DNA of 63,911 nucleotides, filler included, from Dimargaris cristalligena (taxonomy: Eukaryota), in assembly GCA_003614675.1 (NCBI GenBank). It is 5 parts of 5 records of this genome, joined end to end, with 100 filler letters (N's around TTAATTAATTAA, not from the genome) between each part and the next. Parts side by side here need not be neighbours in the genome. Positions count along the whole stretch, not along the records: positions 1 to 12,815 come from ML003025.1; 4 more parts are not named here. One strand, written 5' to 3'. The notes beneath the pieces are model-generated. The model did not search any database. It saw only the letters and a list, made by a program, of their open reading frames with translations, and was not told where the DNA came from. A program made the position numbers and the translations under genes. This document shows, one piece after another, positions 1-12,815 of the stretch (position 1 is the first letter of the stretch; every line of letters begins with the position of its first letter).

Positions 1-57
1 TAGTATTTGCCTCATCAAATGGATTTTTCGTTATACAGCCTTGTTGAACTACTCCCA
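1..57 (-). mobile_element. MITE family A, partial copy cut by window start
   Basis: Reverse complement matches the first half of the copy at 425-550 (GTTCAA..AGGCTGTATAACGAAAAATCCATTTGATGAGGCAAATA); ends CCCA followed by TA. Confidence 0.8.
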
Positions 58-389
58 TATCGTTTATGGTTTATTAATAAAGTAAGACGAGATGGGGACT
101 GGAATATTTGCGAGCATCGTTAACGGGTATTTTCGTTTTGGTTTTTATTAGTCGACCATTCAAGTAATGTGTGGGCTATTCAGGAATATACGGTGCCGGA
201 TAGAGATGTGCTTGGGACGTAAGGATGGTACAGGTCAGGGGATAGCTATGGCAATTCCATTCTTTTTAAATTCATATTAATAGCGACCCTAAACGGGACT
301 AAAAGTTGGCGTGCGAATTGGAAAGCGAAAATGGACTACTCGATCCTCCCAGCCAAGGATTTCCAGGGGATTGGCGAGACCGGCTGACC

Positions 390-424
<35 letters not shown>

Positions 425-427
<3 letters not shown>

Positions 428-547
428 GAAAGGTTCAACCGAGCTGTATAACAAAAAATCCGTTGGATGAAGCAAATATTGCTGGTTAAAATTAAGTATC
501 CCATATACTAATTATTTAAAACCTTATACGCCTGGGCCGAATTTCAC

Positions 548-550
<3 letters not shown>
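425..550 (+). mobile_element. MITE family A (~126 bp, imperfect ~27-bp TIRs, TA-flanked), inside a (TA)n microsatellite
   Basis: Left end TGGGAAAGGTTCAACCGAGCTGTATAA; reverse complement of right end TGGGTGAAATTCGGCCCAGGCGTATAA. (TA)n on both sides (~395-424, ~551-582). Four further copies in the window. Confidence 0.85.
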
Positions 551-586
<36 letters not shown>

Positions 587-3176
587 TGTGGTTATTATAG
601 ATTTTGGCTATTATTTACTTTCCTTGTATATGTATTGGAAGGTGGGGTGGCTTTTCATTCAGCGGGTGGAATTGATTAATGGACTTGACAAAGATCTTGT
701 GATCAGAGTGGGTGTGGATGTGGTTCTTGGTGCTCCTTATATATATTACATTTACCGCTATTCCCAAGACATCGTGGTAGGAGAGATATTAGGTGATTTG
801 GGAAACAAGAAACACTCGACTCATCATCGTTGAAAACCACGAAACCCTTAAATTAGCCACCATTATAGCACGTAGATTAAGGGGTTCGTGTGAGTGAGTG
901 ATATAGAGGCCATGGGGGGAGGAGGAGATTGGTTCCAAGTAGAATGTCCGCAGCGCTGAATAACTAGGAAGGAGGGGCAGGGAAAGAAATAAATGTGGGT
1001 GTGTGCAATAGGTGGATATATAAAAGTATAGGGCAGGTAAAATCAGGTGACGCCAGTAAGATTACCAACCCTCTCTACTTCGACATCCCTCCACTTAAAC
1101 CAGTCCAGTTATATAGGCCCCCAACTATTCGTGCGGGTAATAATGGGGCAGCAATATTATTGGGTCTTTAATTTCCACCAATGGATGCTAGCAGAAACGC
1201 TCCGATTGGTAGCCTCATGGAGAAACCCTCTCCCCGCACACACACACACACACACGTTTAATATGCCCCTGGACCCCTTTTCTTATTTCTCCTCCTCCGC
1301 GCTTCCATTCTGTTGCCACTAAAATAAATTGATTATAATATTAGCAGCCAGTTCTATCGAGGGGGGAGGGTGTACCATAGCAGAAGAGCTGCGGACCCTA
1401 GGGAGAGAGAGACTTGATGACTCTCGGACTTGTGTGCAACCTCCCCTTCTCTCTCTCTTTTTCTCCCTCTCTTGGAAGACACGGTGTTCACATCATAATG
1501 ATCGGGTGATTTGACAACAGCAGGGCGATTAAGAAGAGGGAGGTGGTGGTGGTGCCACATACCGGTTATTGGGATAGGTGGGCGAGGCCAAAGAAAAGAA
1601 CAGACCAGAGAAGCGATCTTCCCTCCCAGATTGGGAATGATTAATCCAGGTTGCTGGGTATAATTAAGGGGAAACTTGGTTGTTGGGGGATGTCTTGGCG
1701 AACAACCTGTCGAATTTCTGCTAAATTTGCCACCTCCCTATAGGCCAAAAATCGGACGAGATTTTGCTTGCAGGGATTTGGACCTTTCCTCCTGTCTGTT
1801 GTATATACTAACTATACTATCCACTTTGGCAGAGTAGAGGAGTAGTGGAAGAAGCCCTCTCTAGTATATATACGCTTGGGTGGGTTGTATTAATTAACCC
1901 CCGAATGTGTGTGTCACATGTACCCATTTTGCCTTAATATTGATCTCTTCAGGTAAGAAGAAAGCAAGGCAGTGTGGCAGTGGGTGGACATACCACCACT
2001 ACAATAACCAGCGTAGGCTTAGTAGTTGTTATCCTTCCCCCTCCTCCGCTGCGAAAGGGCGTCGTTGGTGACGCCGGCCCTGTTGTTCCAGGCTCTACCG
2101 ACCGTCGGCAGTGGGTTCGTTGTGGCTAGCGCCGCGCCTTCCCTCGCCACAGCCCGACGATACTTCTGTTCTTCGGTTGGGCTTGTTGACTATTAATTCG
2201 CTCTTCTCTTCTGTTCTGTTCTTTCAACCTCTGCTATTTCCTGGGTACTGCTGTGGAGTTACTCCACCATTCCTTTACCGACAGCCACTGGTGCATTCCT
2301 TGTTCCTATTACTATTACTCTTATTAGTCCCTCCAAGTGGTTCAGTTAGTAGTTACGTAGCCCTTTCTTTCCATTCTCTCACCCTCTGTTCGCTATTCGC
2401 TTAGGGGAGAAGAGCGGTTCTTCTTCTGTAGCTATTCTCTGGTACATCGTCTTGAGTAATATACTTCTACTACTCCAATTCTTCTTGAACTATACGACGA
2501 CCTTCTTCCAGCCCGTTTCGTCTGATCTTGGCTCTCACCCCCTTCCTTCCTTCTACTGAGTATATGCCCCCCTCCCTTTTGGTCTCTCTCTTTCTCCCTC
2601 TCTTCTTTTGTTGTTGTGACCTACCACACCACACCACCACTGCTGCTGCTGTCTGTATGCGCCCTTATCCTTCCGGTTCTCTCTCTTTCTCTTAACTACT
2701 TTCCCATTCGTCTGCGCCTGTGGCTACGCTTTCTCAATATACTATATCTGTTTAATTCCTTTTGCATTCCTTTATAACTAACTCTCTCCACCCCGGCTAG
2801 TCCTCTCTGCGCTCGCTCTACTAGGCCGCCGTTGTATCCCTTAACCCAACTCTAAAAGAATGGCCTGATATTTCTCTACATCCCCCGGAATCTCTCCCCC
2901 CTCTTTATTCCCCTTCGCTTTCTTCCCTCCCGCCCTTTATCTGGCTTTCTCGTGCAGTGGTGTACCTTCCGCACCGCCCAAAACCCTCTCCTCTAACCCT
3001 CTTCTTACCCTGGCACGAGTTACGCCAACTTCTTCTTTTTTATTTAGCCCCTGAACCTGCGCCGTTTTTATTGCACGCCCTAGCTTATCCTTTTCGACGC
3101 CGTCTGTGCATTTCCCGACTCTACCACTTCCCCCCCCCATATATATATATATATATATATACATATAACTCATACC

Positions 3177-4628
3177 ATGGGCAACCAAACTTCCAAGCGC
3201 TCCTCCCGAGCCCGCACCGGTTCCGAGGGTCGCCTCTCCACCGATATAGCCCAGTTTCACAATACCCGCCAAGCCTCCTCCTCCGACCAGCTACCGTACA
3301 ACGCCGCCGAGGAGAACACCGCTCCCCGGAACTCCACTGGTCCTGACCCCTCGGCTTCCCACTTGGCCTCCGTGGCTGGTTCCGAGGATGGCATGACCGA
3401 CGAAACTTCCGTGGTGGCCGGTTCCACCCAGGGTGTCAATGGAGCCGGCTCCCGGCTCTCCGTACCCAACGCCACCGGCCCTATGGCACCCGTGGAACGT
3501 AAGACCGAGCCCATTCTGATCCGGAACGGCGATGATAACCGGCGCCTCAGTACCATCTCCCTCACCAACTACATCTCCACATCATCGGGCTCCGTCACCG
3601 TTGTGAACCATCCCGAAAAGAACAAGGAATTCAGTGTCGATGAAATGATCCAACGGCTCATCGAGGCCGGCTTTTCGGGTAAAGTCACCAAGACCCCTTG
3701 CCTCAAGAACTCCGAAATCACCGCCATCTGCCACGCCGCCCGGGAGATCTTCCTGTCGCAGCCTTCCTTCCTCGAACTCTCCGCCCCCATCCGGATCGTA
3801 GGTGACGTACACGGCCAGTACCCTGACCTGCTCCGCCTATTCAACCAGTGCGGGTTCCCCCCTCACAGCAACTACCTGTTCCTAGGCGACTACGTCGACC
3901 GCGGCAAACAGTCCCTCGAAACCATCCTTCTGCTCATGTGCTACAAGATCAAATACCCCGAAAATTTCTTTTTATTGCGGGGCAACCACGAGTGCGCCAA
4001 CGTGACCCGGGTCTACGGCTTCTACGACGAGTGTAAACGGCGCTGCAATGTGAAAACATGGAAGACCTTTGTCAATGTGTTCAATACCCTACCCATCGCC
4101 GCTGTCGTGGCCTCCAAGATCTTTTGCGTCCACGGAGGTTTGTCACCGAGTCTCAATACCATGGACGATATCCGCAACATCCAGCGGCCGACGGATGTAC
4201 CCGACTACGGTCTGCTGAATGATCTGCTGTGGAGCGATCCGTCCGAAAATACCCTGGAGTGGGAGGACAACGAACGCGGCGTCTCCTTCTGTTTCGGCAA
4301 GTCCATCGTCAACGGATTCCTTAACAAGCACGACCTGGACCTGGTCTGCCGCGCCCATATGGTAGTCGAAGACGGCTACGAGTTCTTCAATGGCCGCACC
4401 CTCGTCACGGTGTTTTCGGCACCCAACTACTGCGGGGAGTTTGATAATGCCGCGGCCATTATGAATGTCAATGAGGATCTCGTATGTAACTTTGATATCC
4501 TACGGCCGGCGTACGATACACCGCTGTCCCCAACCTTTAACCAACTGCAGCCCCGGCTACTCCAACAGGTTGCCGGCCGGAGGAACCGGCCGTCCCCACC
4601 GATGTTCCAGGAACCTCAGTCGGTATAG
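3177..4628 (+). CDS. PPZ1: PPZ-type serine/threonine protein phosphatase (PP1-related), intronless, 483 aa
   Basis: PPP motifs GDVHG, GDYVDRG, RGNHE, HGG, WSDP, RAH, SAPNY. N-terminal MGNQTSK myristoylation motif and a long Ser-rich disordered N-terminus distinguish Ppz from Glc7. Confidence 0.93.
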   Translation: MGNQTSKRSSRARTGSEGRLSTDIAQFHNTRQASSSDQLPYNAAEENTAPRNSTGPDPSASHLASVAGSEDGMTDETSVVAGSTQGVNGAGSRLSVPNATGPMAPVERKTEPILIRNGDDNRRLSTISLTNYISTSSGSVTVVNHPEKNKEFSVDEMIQRLIEAGFSGKVTKTPCLKNSEITAICHAAREIFLSQPSFLELSAPIRIVGDVHGQYPDLLRLFNQCGFPPHSNYLFLGDYVDRGKQSLETILLLMCYKIKYPENFFLLRGNHECANVTRVYGFYDECKRRCNVKTWKTFVNVFNTLPIAAVVASKIFCVHGGLSPSLNTMDDIRNIQRPTDVPDYGLLNDLLWSDPSENTLEWEDNERGVSFCFGKSIVNGFLNKHDLDLVCRAHMVVEDGYEFFNGRTLVTVFSAPNYCGEFDNAAAIMNVNEDLVCNFDILRPAYDTPLSPTFNQLQPRLLQQVAGRRNRPSPPMFQEPQSV

Positions 4629-5966
4629 TATATGCCCATGTGTGTACAAATCCATATATATATACACCTATATAGTTTTATATAGTAGTTTTCTTATTGG
4701 AAGAATAAGAGAGAGAGTTGGCCCTTCTTAAACCCCATAATGAGTTGGTCCTTGGTTAGGTAGGGGTGGCCTAGTGGAATGTCCGATTTTACCTTACGGT
4801 TACCATCGTCTTCCTTCTACCATTCCTTCCCATTGTGGGGAAAGGGTTAAAGGGGGGGAGACATATTGCCAATGGGTAGCGTTGAATATGCCTGGTGGGG
4901 TGGATTAAGAGGCAGAGAGCGTGGACCCACTAATCTCACCTATTTTGGCCCGACTCTATTCATCATATGATGATACTCTTTCTATTCTATCTTATTATAT
5001 TCTCCACAGGGTTTGGTCCCGATTCATTATGGCCCATGGCTATAGTTCCAAAGGCCACCCACCCAAGCGCAGTGGGAGAGAGGGGTCACACACTATCCAT
5101 TCAGCCAGCTCTCAACGTACTTCTCTTCCTTTCGTGTGTGTGTCCGCTCCCTTCTTATCTCTATACACACCTTGGTGCACCCAATCTTAATCCAATATTT
5201 ACTACTTCCTTGAGGGTTTTCTCGGCCTGCCAAAGCACCAAATCATCCTATACTGCTTTTATTTACGTATTTCACTTCTTCTGTAGCATATTCTCTTCAA
5301 TCTAAGGCGAAGCCTTTGTACCATGTTCTCACCCTCTCACATTCCCTTTTTCGGATCTCTTATTTGATTGTGATCTTATATCCATCATCGACATCGACAT
5401 CGTCATTACTTTTATTTTTATTTTTGCTATTACCACTATTCATTTCTACGCAAAATGGATACGGACCCCCACCCACTGATGGTTCCTGGTGTATACCCGA
5501 GGGGATGCTATTCCTCTTATATTTTCCTAGAGTCGACCACTTGTGTCGTTTCATTGCTGTGCTGTGGACTATTATCACCAGTACTACTACTACTATGCCT
5601 TACTCAACAACACTTATCCACTTGCGCAAGATTCTTTTATACTATTATTATCATTTACTTTTGAAACCCATTGGGCATTTCCTCTCCATCCCATTCATCA
5701 CCCTGCTTTATCGTCCTATTATCAATCCCAATCTCTTCCGTTTACATTCGCTGTATTAATGTATTACCATACTTCCACTGTCTGTTACCGTCTGGATTTT
5801 CTTCTTCTTCTTCATTTTTATTTTATTTTTCGTTGGTTGGTTCTACGTATCTTTTCTCTATTTCTATGTGTGTGTGTTTTTGCTCCATTCATAAATAAAT
5901 TGACGTGCAATTTTGCGAAGGATAGTTTATACCATATTCCCATGTGTTTGGTTCATTTAAAATATA

Positions 5967-6091
5967 TGGGTGAAATTCGGCCCAGCTGTATAAGGTTTTA
6001 AATGATAATGTATGGGAGATTTATTTTTAACCAGTAATATTTGCTTCATCCAATGGATTTTTCGCTATACAGCTCGGTTGAACCTCTCCCA
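5967..6091 (-). mobile_element. MITE family A, full copy with TA target-site duplication
   Basis: TA|TGGGTGAAATTCGGCCCAGCTGTATAAG...TATACAGCTCGGTTGAACCTCTCCCA|TA; reverse-complement homologue of 425-550. Confidence 0.85.
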
Positions 6092-6795
6092 TATTGATGC
6101 GATTATCGAAACAGCTATGATTATATTTTTTGCCAATCTAGTATATTTTTGAATCCCCGGGACTCTATGAGGGGGATGAATTGCTGCCTTAGCCTGTCTT
6201 TTCCAACCCATCGTGTGATTTCTTTGTTCCACTACTGTTTACGGCCCTTCCACATCTAATTACTAATGGGAAACCCTCTGTATAGAGAAGTGAGTTATAA
6301 TTAATAATACTAGCTGCCTATTTGTAACAGCTAAATGGGATATTATATTGGGGAACATCCAGATAAAATCTCCCATATATGTATTGTGTGGCTGGCGGGG
6401 ATAATCTGTGAAGGGAAAAATGGAATCACCAATGTTGGGAGGGGTTTCATGGTTTACTTGCTTCCAATGGACGGGAAATACGGAAGAGGCGGTGGAGGTA
6501 TATTATATAGGATATAGGAGGATAATAATACTGTGTGTTCTCTTCGCCTGGGTCAAGTTTGTCTTTCGTCCCTTAAAGTATTTCTTTTTTGGTATCTCAT
6601 CACCCTTTCTTACTACTCCGTGTTTCCCATTTCCTATATGCATGCATAGAGGGGTTTTCTCCTTTTAACTATTTTCACGACCTTAAACTATCTCGCTCTC
6701 GCTTTATTTGCTCTTTCCACTTCAGTTGGTCCAATTTCATTTTCCTTATTGTCCATTAGTCGCACCCTTTCTTTTCTATCCAGTTTGAATCCGCC

Positions 6796-9093
6796 ATGGC
6801 TACTAAGCGCATCAAGGTAGGCCTTGCTTTAAGCTATTCCAAGTGTTTTATGTATTTTCCTCTAATGAAAGAGAAGGAGAGTACCTCAGGGAAATCGCGT
6901 ATTGTATATCATTTTAGGGAGCATTCTCTTTGTTTCGATGCGCAGTGTTTATATGCATCATAGCCTCCCTCATGCCTGGTGCGTAGCTGACTTTTTCATC
7001 GCTCCGTACCCCTGTTAATTCACACTGTCCCTTTCCCTCTTCTATCCTACTTTACTACTCGCCAATAGGTCAACAATATATGCCGAGTGGCTACTGAAGC
7101 GCTGCTCAAAAATGTATTCGGGCTGTTGGGCGATATTGAATCGGTGACTCTCAAACCTAGGTAATTTACGCGTCTATATGGTTTCTCTCTTCTTGGGAGG
7201 GTGGTGTTTCTTACCACTTGCTTGTAGAGGGTTAGTGGGTTTTTCTGATTTTGCTTTTAAACCTGGTTTTTTATTCACGGGTCTGTCAAACGGCTTATAA
7301 ATCGATTTCGCCCTGGGCATATATACTCCTACCTACCTACTAGGGTGAATCGGCGGTGTGTATACCCATAGTTAGTGTCGGTGATATTTATACGCTCTTC
7401 GTAATTGGTGCTGCCTTAACCGTCAATGTCCCCTGTTCAATTTTCTGCATGTGTCTGGCCAATGTACTTTTTTCCATATTTTGTATATATGCACCTATGC
7501 CTATCTATCTATCTATCCATCTGGCTGAATTGCCTCTATAATCACGGGGGTTATCTGACGTGCATTTTCCCTTTATTGCCCCCATGTATTGCGGCTGTAC
7601 CCGTCTTTCAATACACGCCTGATCCATACACTATTGACTAAATTCCCATGTCTCTAGCATCGAGAATTGGACAGAACTCAGACGCAATATTGTGTAACAA
7701 GCGCCTAACTGTCGGTGTGACAAGCCATTGCAAGTGCGTTTGGCATGGCTATCCTAGATAGGACTCGCGGTTTATCAATTTATTCAGGGTTTCGCTCCGA
7801 TACCTATAATACTGGTTCGTTAATTTCTTAAGCTTCCCCCATCGAAATTTCGACTAACTCTTTTACTATATCTTGCTATACTATGCTGTAATCATTTCCC
7901 TCCGTTCCCTCAACCAATATATTCCTCGAAATAGCACCATTCGTCCCGATAGCTTCGAGAGTCTAATCACTTTCAAAGAGGCGCAGCCGGCCGTCGCTGC
8001 GCTCCACCTCTCAGGTACGGAACTGGGCGACCAGGTTATGATCGTGACCGCTGATGTTGCCCCCGGCGCAGCTAATGGCCATTCCCCGGCCTTTATGCTA
8101 GCGGCTGGTGGTAGTGGTGCTGCTGCAGGCGGACTTGGTTCGATGGATCCGGTTCGAGCCGAAGAGATCTCCCGTACTGTCTACGTAGGTAATATCGCTT
8201 CCACGGCCCCCGAGGCCGACTTACGCCAATTCTTCGAGGTCTGCGGCCCTGTTGCTTATGTGCGCATGGCAGGCGACAGCTCCCAACCCACTCGGTTCGC
8301 TTTCATCGAATTCGAAGCTTACGCTGGGGCACAGGCGGCCTTGGCCCTCACCGGGGCCCAGTTTGCTAACCGGCCCTTAAAGGTGAACCATTCAAAAAAC
8401 GCCATCATCAAACCACCCAAGCCCACAGCCGCCACGCTAGGAGGCGGAGATGCGGTGATCCCAACCCCGGGCGGGGTTGGAACGAGTGTCCAGGACGCTT
8501 TGCAGAAGATTCGAGAGGCCCAAATGCGGATTGCCCAGAAGTACGCGGGTGCGGCGGGAGTTTCCACGGCCTATAATCACCATAACTCTATCCCGGCGAA
8601 CGGCAGCAACCCTGGTTCGGATTCCCTTAATGGGGGAGTGGGCGGAAAAGGTGCGGGTGAAGGAGTAGGGCTGGGGAGTGGTGGCCTACCGCCATCCGGT
8701 ATCTCTCCCCTTGCGGCGCAATCCCGGTCCCGGTCCCGGTCCCAATCTTTCTCGCGTCGTTCAATCCACCGTGGCTCTCGTAGCCAGGAACGCAGCAGCA
8801 GTCGCCATAGTCGTTACCCTGACCGGGACCGTGAACGCGAAAGGGAGCGCGATCGTGACCGGAGCTCTCGCCGGCGCTCTCACCGCCGTGACCGATCCCG
8901 CGACCGGGATTATGTCCGGGAACGTGATGGTGAATACCGGCGCTCACGTCGGCATAGTCGCAGCCGTAGCCCTTCCCCATCACGGCGATCCAGTGGAGGA
9001 CGGTCGAGCCGTCACCGTGATTCGGGTCGTAAACGGGAACGCAGTCCAAGCCAAAGTTTCGGGCGGGACCGTTCTCGGCCTAGTCGTCATTAG
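6796..9093 (+). CDS. SR splicing factor, two RRMs plus C-terminal RS domain (SRSF11/SREK1/Rsd1-like); exons 6796-6816, 7069-7160, 7935-9093
   Basis: Phase-consistent GT-AG splicing gives MATKRIK|VNNICRVATEALLKNVFGLLGDIESVTLKPS|TIRPDSFESLITF...AALHLSGTELGD (RRM1). Then EEISRTVYVGNI...GDSSQPTRFAFIEF...LKVNHSKNAIIKP (SREK1-type RRM2) and a long RS/RD tail. Confidence 0.88.
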
Positions 9094-9882
9094 TTTGGCG
9101 GGATGGAAAGATGGATGATAATGAGAAAAAGAAAATCATAATACATAATTTCAGTTGTTTCCATCGTTAGGTATTCTTGAAATAAATTTATTATCCCGGC
9201 TTTATCCTTTTGGTTGTTATGGCCGGAACTTCACTTTATCCGTTTATATAGTATTCCATAGATAGCACATACTTGAATACAGGCGGGATGTTTGTTTTTA
9301 ATTGGGAAAAGTCCAGACAAAATATCATTTCGATATTTGAAATGCAAATGGAGGTTTGTTCTGCTCACGGGGCTGTAGATGGCCAAGTAAAAACTTAATG
9401 TAGGCCATGGCCATGGCTATATAATATAATATTGGGTCCTCTAGGGGGGAGAATCAGTACATGTAACCTACATGTTATAGCTATTATTATTCAAGACCTG
9501 ACTAAATGAGCTGCCGGATCGGATTTGAACTACCTCGTAGATGCACAACCAAATAACTTTTTTTCTACCTTATTTCTCTGATATAGACCTGTGGTGTACT
9601 TTTGGAGCTCTGGGTTAACTAGGACAAGGCAGAGTGCCTCGTTTCATTCCCCTAGTATATTCCCTTTGCTTCACTCCCCCCCCACCTGCCATTTACAATT
9701 CACTGGTTAAGTAAGTGGATATAAATATATTAGAAGTGTTAGCCCATAGGGATATCGAGATTGCAATGGAGGGCTATGCTTTGTCTTGCTATACAGAGAT
9801 CCGCCAGTTGGGTGATCAGCTAGAAGTTGGTGCATGGTCTGGTACAAAGACTGGATGGATAATCAATATATATATATATATA

Positions 9883-10098
9883 TAGTGACTCTTAAAAGTG
9901 TATCAATGTTTTACACTTTTAAATTTAAATAGTAATTACTCAACACCTATGGGAGGTATTAAAAAATAAATACCACCAGGAGAAAGCCCTATATCCCTAG
10001 TATACATGTGTAAAACTATAATTTTATTGTTTCATTTAATGGCAAGACACAAGGATTTAAAAAAGATTGATGCATTGATACACTTTTTGGAGTTGCTG
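9883..10098. mobile_element. Decayed Tc1/mariner-type MITE (~216 bp) with ~27-bp TIRs
   Basis: Left TAGTGACTCTTAAAAGTGTATCAATGT vs reverse complement of right CAGCAACTCCAAAAAGTGTATCAATGC. CAG..AAAAGT is a typical Tc1-like terminus; the left end abuts a (TA)n run. Confidence 0.7.
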
Positions 10099-10160
10099 CA
10101 AAAAAAGTGTTCTTTCTTCTCTGGCCTTAATTACTAATAAAACTTTTTTTTTTAGTTTAC

Positions 10161-10746
10161 TGTCACCTGGGTTAATTACTCTTAGTTCATCAAGAGTCCC
10201 AAGGATAGGCTTCTAGTAATAGGTGGGGCTTAGGCTTAGCTAAATAGGTTACTAGCATTAGGTACAGAGTATAGCACTAACTAATATAGGCTAAGTAGTA
10301 GGGATATGTAAGAGATGTGCAGTTAGTACACTTACTAGTCAGAATAGGGGGAGTGAGTGTATATAGAGTTTATTGGGGCTAACTAGGGGGTAAGAATAAG
10401 CTGAGGAACCTAACCAGTCCTAATGGGGCCTAGTTATATATATACAGGGACAGCTCCAAGGGGAGGTCCTAAGGGGAGGGTACTACTTAGACTATAAAAT
10501 ATATAAATGGGCCAACCAGATGATTGTGGGTATCCAGAACACTCTGATGGTAACTGGAAGAGTCTATGGATTAATACTGGGAGTGATTAGTGTAAAGAGG
10601 CAGAGTCTGGAAGGGGAAGGGTTATATGATAAGGGATGATCCCATAGTACTGGGGGTGCCTATGGGAAGGCTAATATGATACCATAAGGCCTAATATGTT
10701 CAGATACCTAAGCCAGCTGGATTAAGGTGGATTAGATGGTCCAACA
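10161..10746 (-). mobile_element. LTR-like relic (probable solo or degenerate LTR; right boundary uncertain)
   Basis: 10161-10365 is an inverted, diverged copy of 26079-26279, both ending at ...GGTGACA. Minus strand shows TATATAA then AATAAA before that end. Region lacks CpG. Confidence 0.6.
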
Positions 10747-11396
10747 GTAAGTAGTAACTGCCAAGATGTAGCAGTTAAGGTAGTAAAATACTCACAGTTT
10801 AATTCAGGGGCAGCTGGGAAGAGGTATATAGGTACTATTATAATAGAGCAGAGTAGTCATTTGACTACTACAAGGTATTATATGGATAGTAGTCATTCTT
10901 TCAATCAATTATTAGTGGGTATCTGGCTTTAACAGTTTTAAAAAGTTCAATACCTATTAAGCCATGTTTATGCACATCCAGCCAAAATGGTAAGACCTTG
11001 GGCCAGTGGTATCTGAGCACTAGGTCCAGTAAACAAAGGGTTAGTAGTTCAGGGATGCATTGCTATGGCATTCTGGACATGTCAGATATTCTTTAGATTA
11101 CTGAAACCTTAAATTATGCCTTGAGTGTAAATTTCTAATATAATACTATACCAATAATCCATTGAATACTACCAGCAGGCCGCCATATTCAATATTAAGG
11201 GAAATCTCAGGCTAGTTTGAGCAAAAATTAGATTTATTGGGGAATAGTAATGTCAACTTAAAAAAACTGGTGACTGCACAAGTGAGTGTCTGGAGATGAA
11301 GAGATGGTGAATGTAGGCAGCATTTGATAGCAATGAATACCATACTCGTCAAATCGCTGTTTGTATTGGTAAGGCTAGGATTCAGTACGACGAGGG

Positions 11397-11741
11397 CTAT
11401 TTTTTTATATGAAGCGCGCCTGTAAGCTTATTTTTAGCACTGGAAAGGGATTTGACAGCCCTATTTTTAGCATTGGAAAGAGCATTGCCAGTTTTTTTAA
11501 TAGCGCTGGAGACAGACTCCTTAGTTCTTTGTATTTTGGTTTTGGGAGCGGGGGCGGGGGGTGTTGGCTTATACTTAAAGGGTTGAGATATTGGCTTAGG
11601 GAGTGGGGTTGTCGGCTTATTGTAGTGTCCGGGATCTAAATCAAAACGCTCCGTAAACCTTGATTTAGGGGCTGTTTTCCCAGTTTCGCCAGCAGCGGCA
11701 TTAGCGAACAGCACAGCAATTAGTAAAAATATAAGTTTCAT
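11397..11741 (-). CDS. Small secreted basic orphan protein (114 aa)
   Basis: ATG at 11741, signal peptide MKLIFLLIAVLFANAAAG, Pro/Lys-rich middle, Lys-rich helical C-terminus; (TA)n/TATA-like run upstream near 11950. Confidence 0.7.
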   Translation of the reverse strand: MKLIFLLIAVLFANAAAGETGKTAPKSRFTERFDLDPGHYNKPTTPLPKPISQPFKYKPTPPAPAPKTKIQRTKESVSSAIKKTGNALSNAKNRAVKSLSSAKNKLTGALHIKK

Positions 11742-12815
11742 TATGACTAGCAATGGGGAGATGGGTTGGCGAAAAAGTGGTGGCGGGTTGCCGAAAGAGG
11801 TCGCAACGGGATTGGCGAACTAATATGTCCAGTAATGGTGCTTATGGAGGTACAGGTGGGGAGTTTCCAGATGATGAATGTGAAGAAAATGTAATATCGG
11901 TCAGTGAAATAATGGCGCGGAAATACAGTGGCCACCGTAGACCTTACATATATATATATTGTATACTCGATGGATCTACAATATCGAATGCCGGCGACAG
12001 TGATAAACCCAGTATAACTGCTTTCCCGTTTTAATAGGCCAGTTAACCCATGCCTAGCGGCATGGGGCTAGCAATCCCGCTGCTTCTGTGTGTGTTGCCG
12101 CTGTTCCGCCAGTACAAATAATACTTAGGGGATTGGTTCATCTCTGCGGAAATATGAAACCCCGATTTAAAAAAGGGCTTTATAGATTGAAAATATATTT
12201 CCCGTCGATTAATATATTTATTTCTCACTCGAATGCAAATGCGGCTGTGTTGGGATTTGCCCCATGTTAAAGTGTAAGTTGGAGAACTACCCCAGCCTAT
12301 TCGTTGGAAAGAGGTCCGACTTTCTCGCATTTAATGCGAGCGCTATGCACTTTAGCATTTACTCCATTGTTCAAGTACGTGTTAAAGACAAGTGGGACAT
12401 TAAGACAAAGAATAGAAAGACAGTAGATCCTCATACAATTAATGGAAGATGGTACGGGAAGAAGATACAGCCTGAATGTTACGACGATTACACATCATTT
12501 CTTCCGCTTGACCATCGTAAATAGTTCTCAAGGATAGACAAATGGCCAATTCCTGGATAATCACAACCCAACTACTTTTATACTCAAGTTATCATGTCAC
12601 AATATAAACCAAAAGCATATAACCGCCATAATATATGGCTTATTGAACAAATCAACACATACTTAGTCGAGGCTGAGAATGTCCGAATGTGAAGAATTTC
12701 CCCCAATATTCAACATACCTCGGCTTCATTGACCAGTATTTACTAAAATAAGCGACAGTCGTTGAATTCATTGCACAACCCACCACCTAGGCTGAAAGCT
12801 GAGCAGTACACCTTG

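Noticed and set aside
10677-10684. TGGTATCA on the minus strand as a tRNA-Met primer-binding site
   Set aside because: Match stops after 8 nt and is not adjacent to a defined LTR end.
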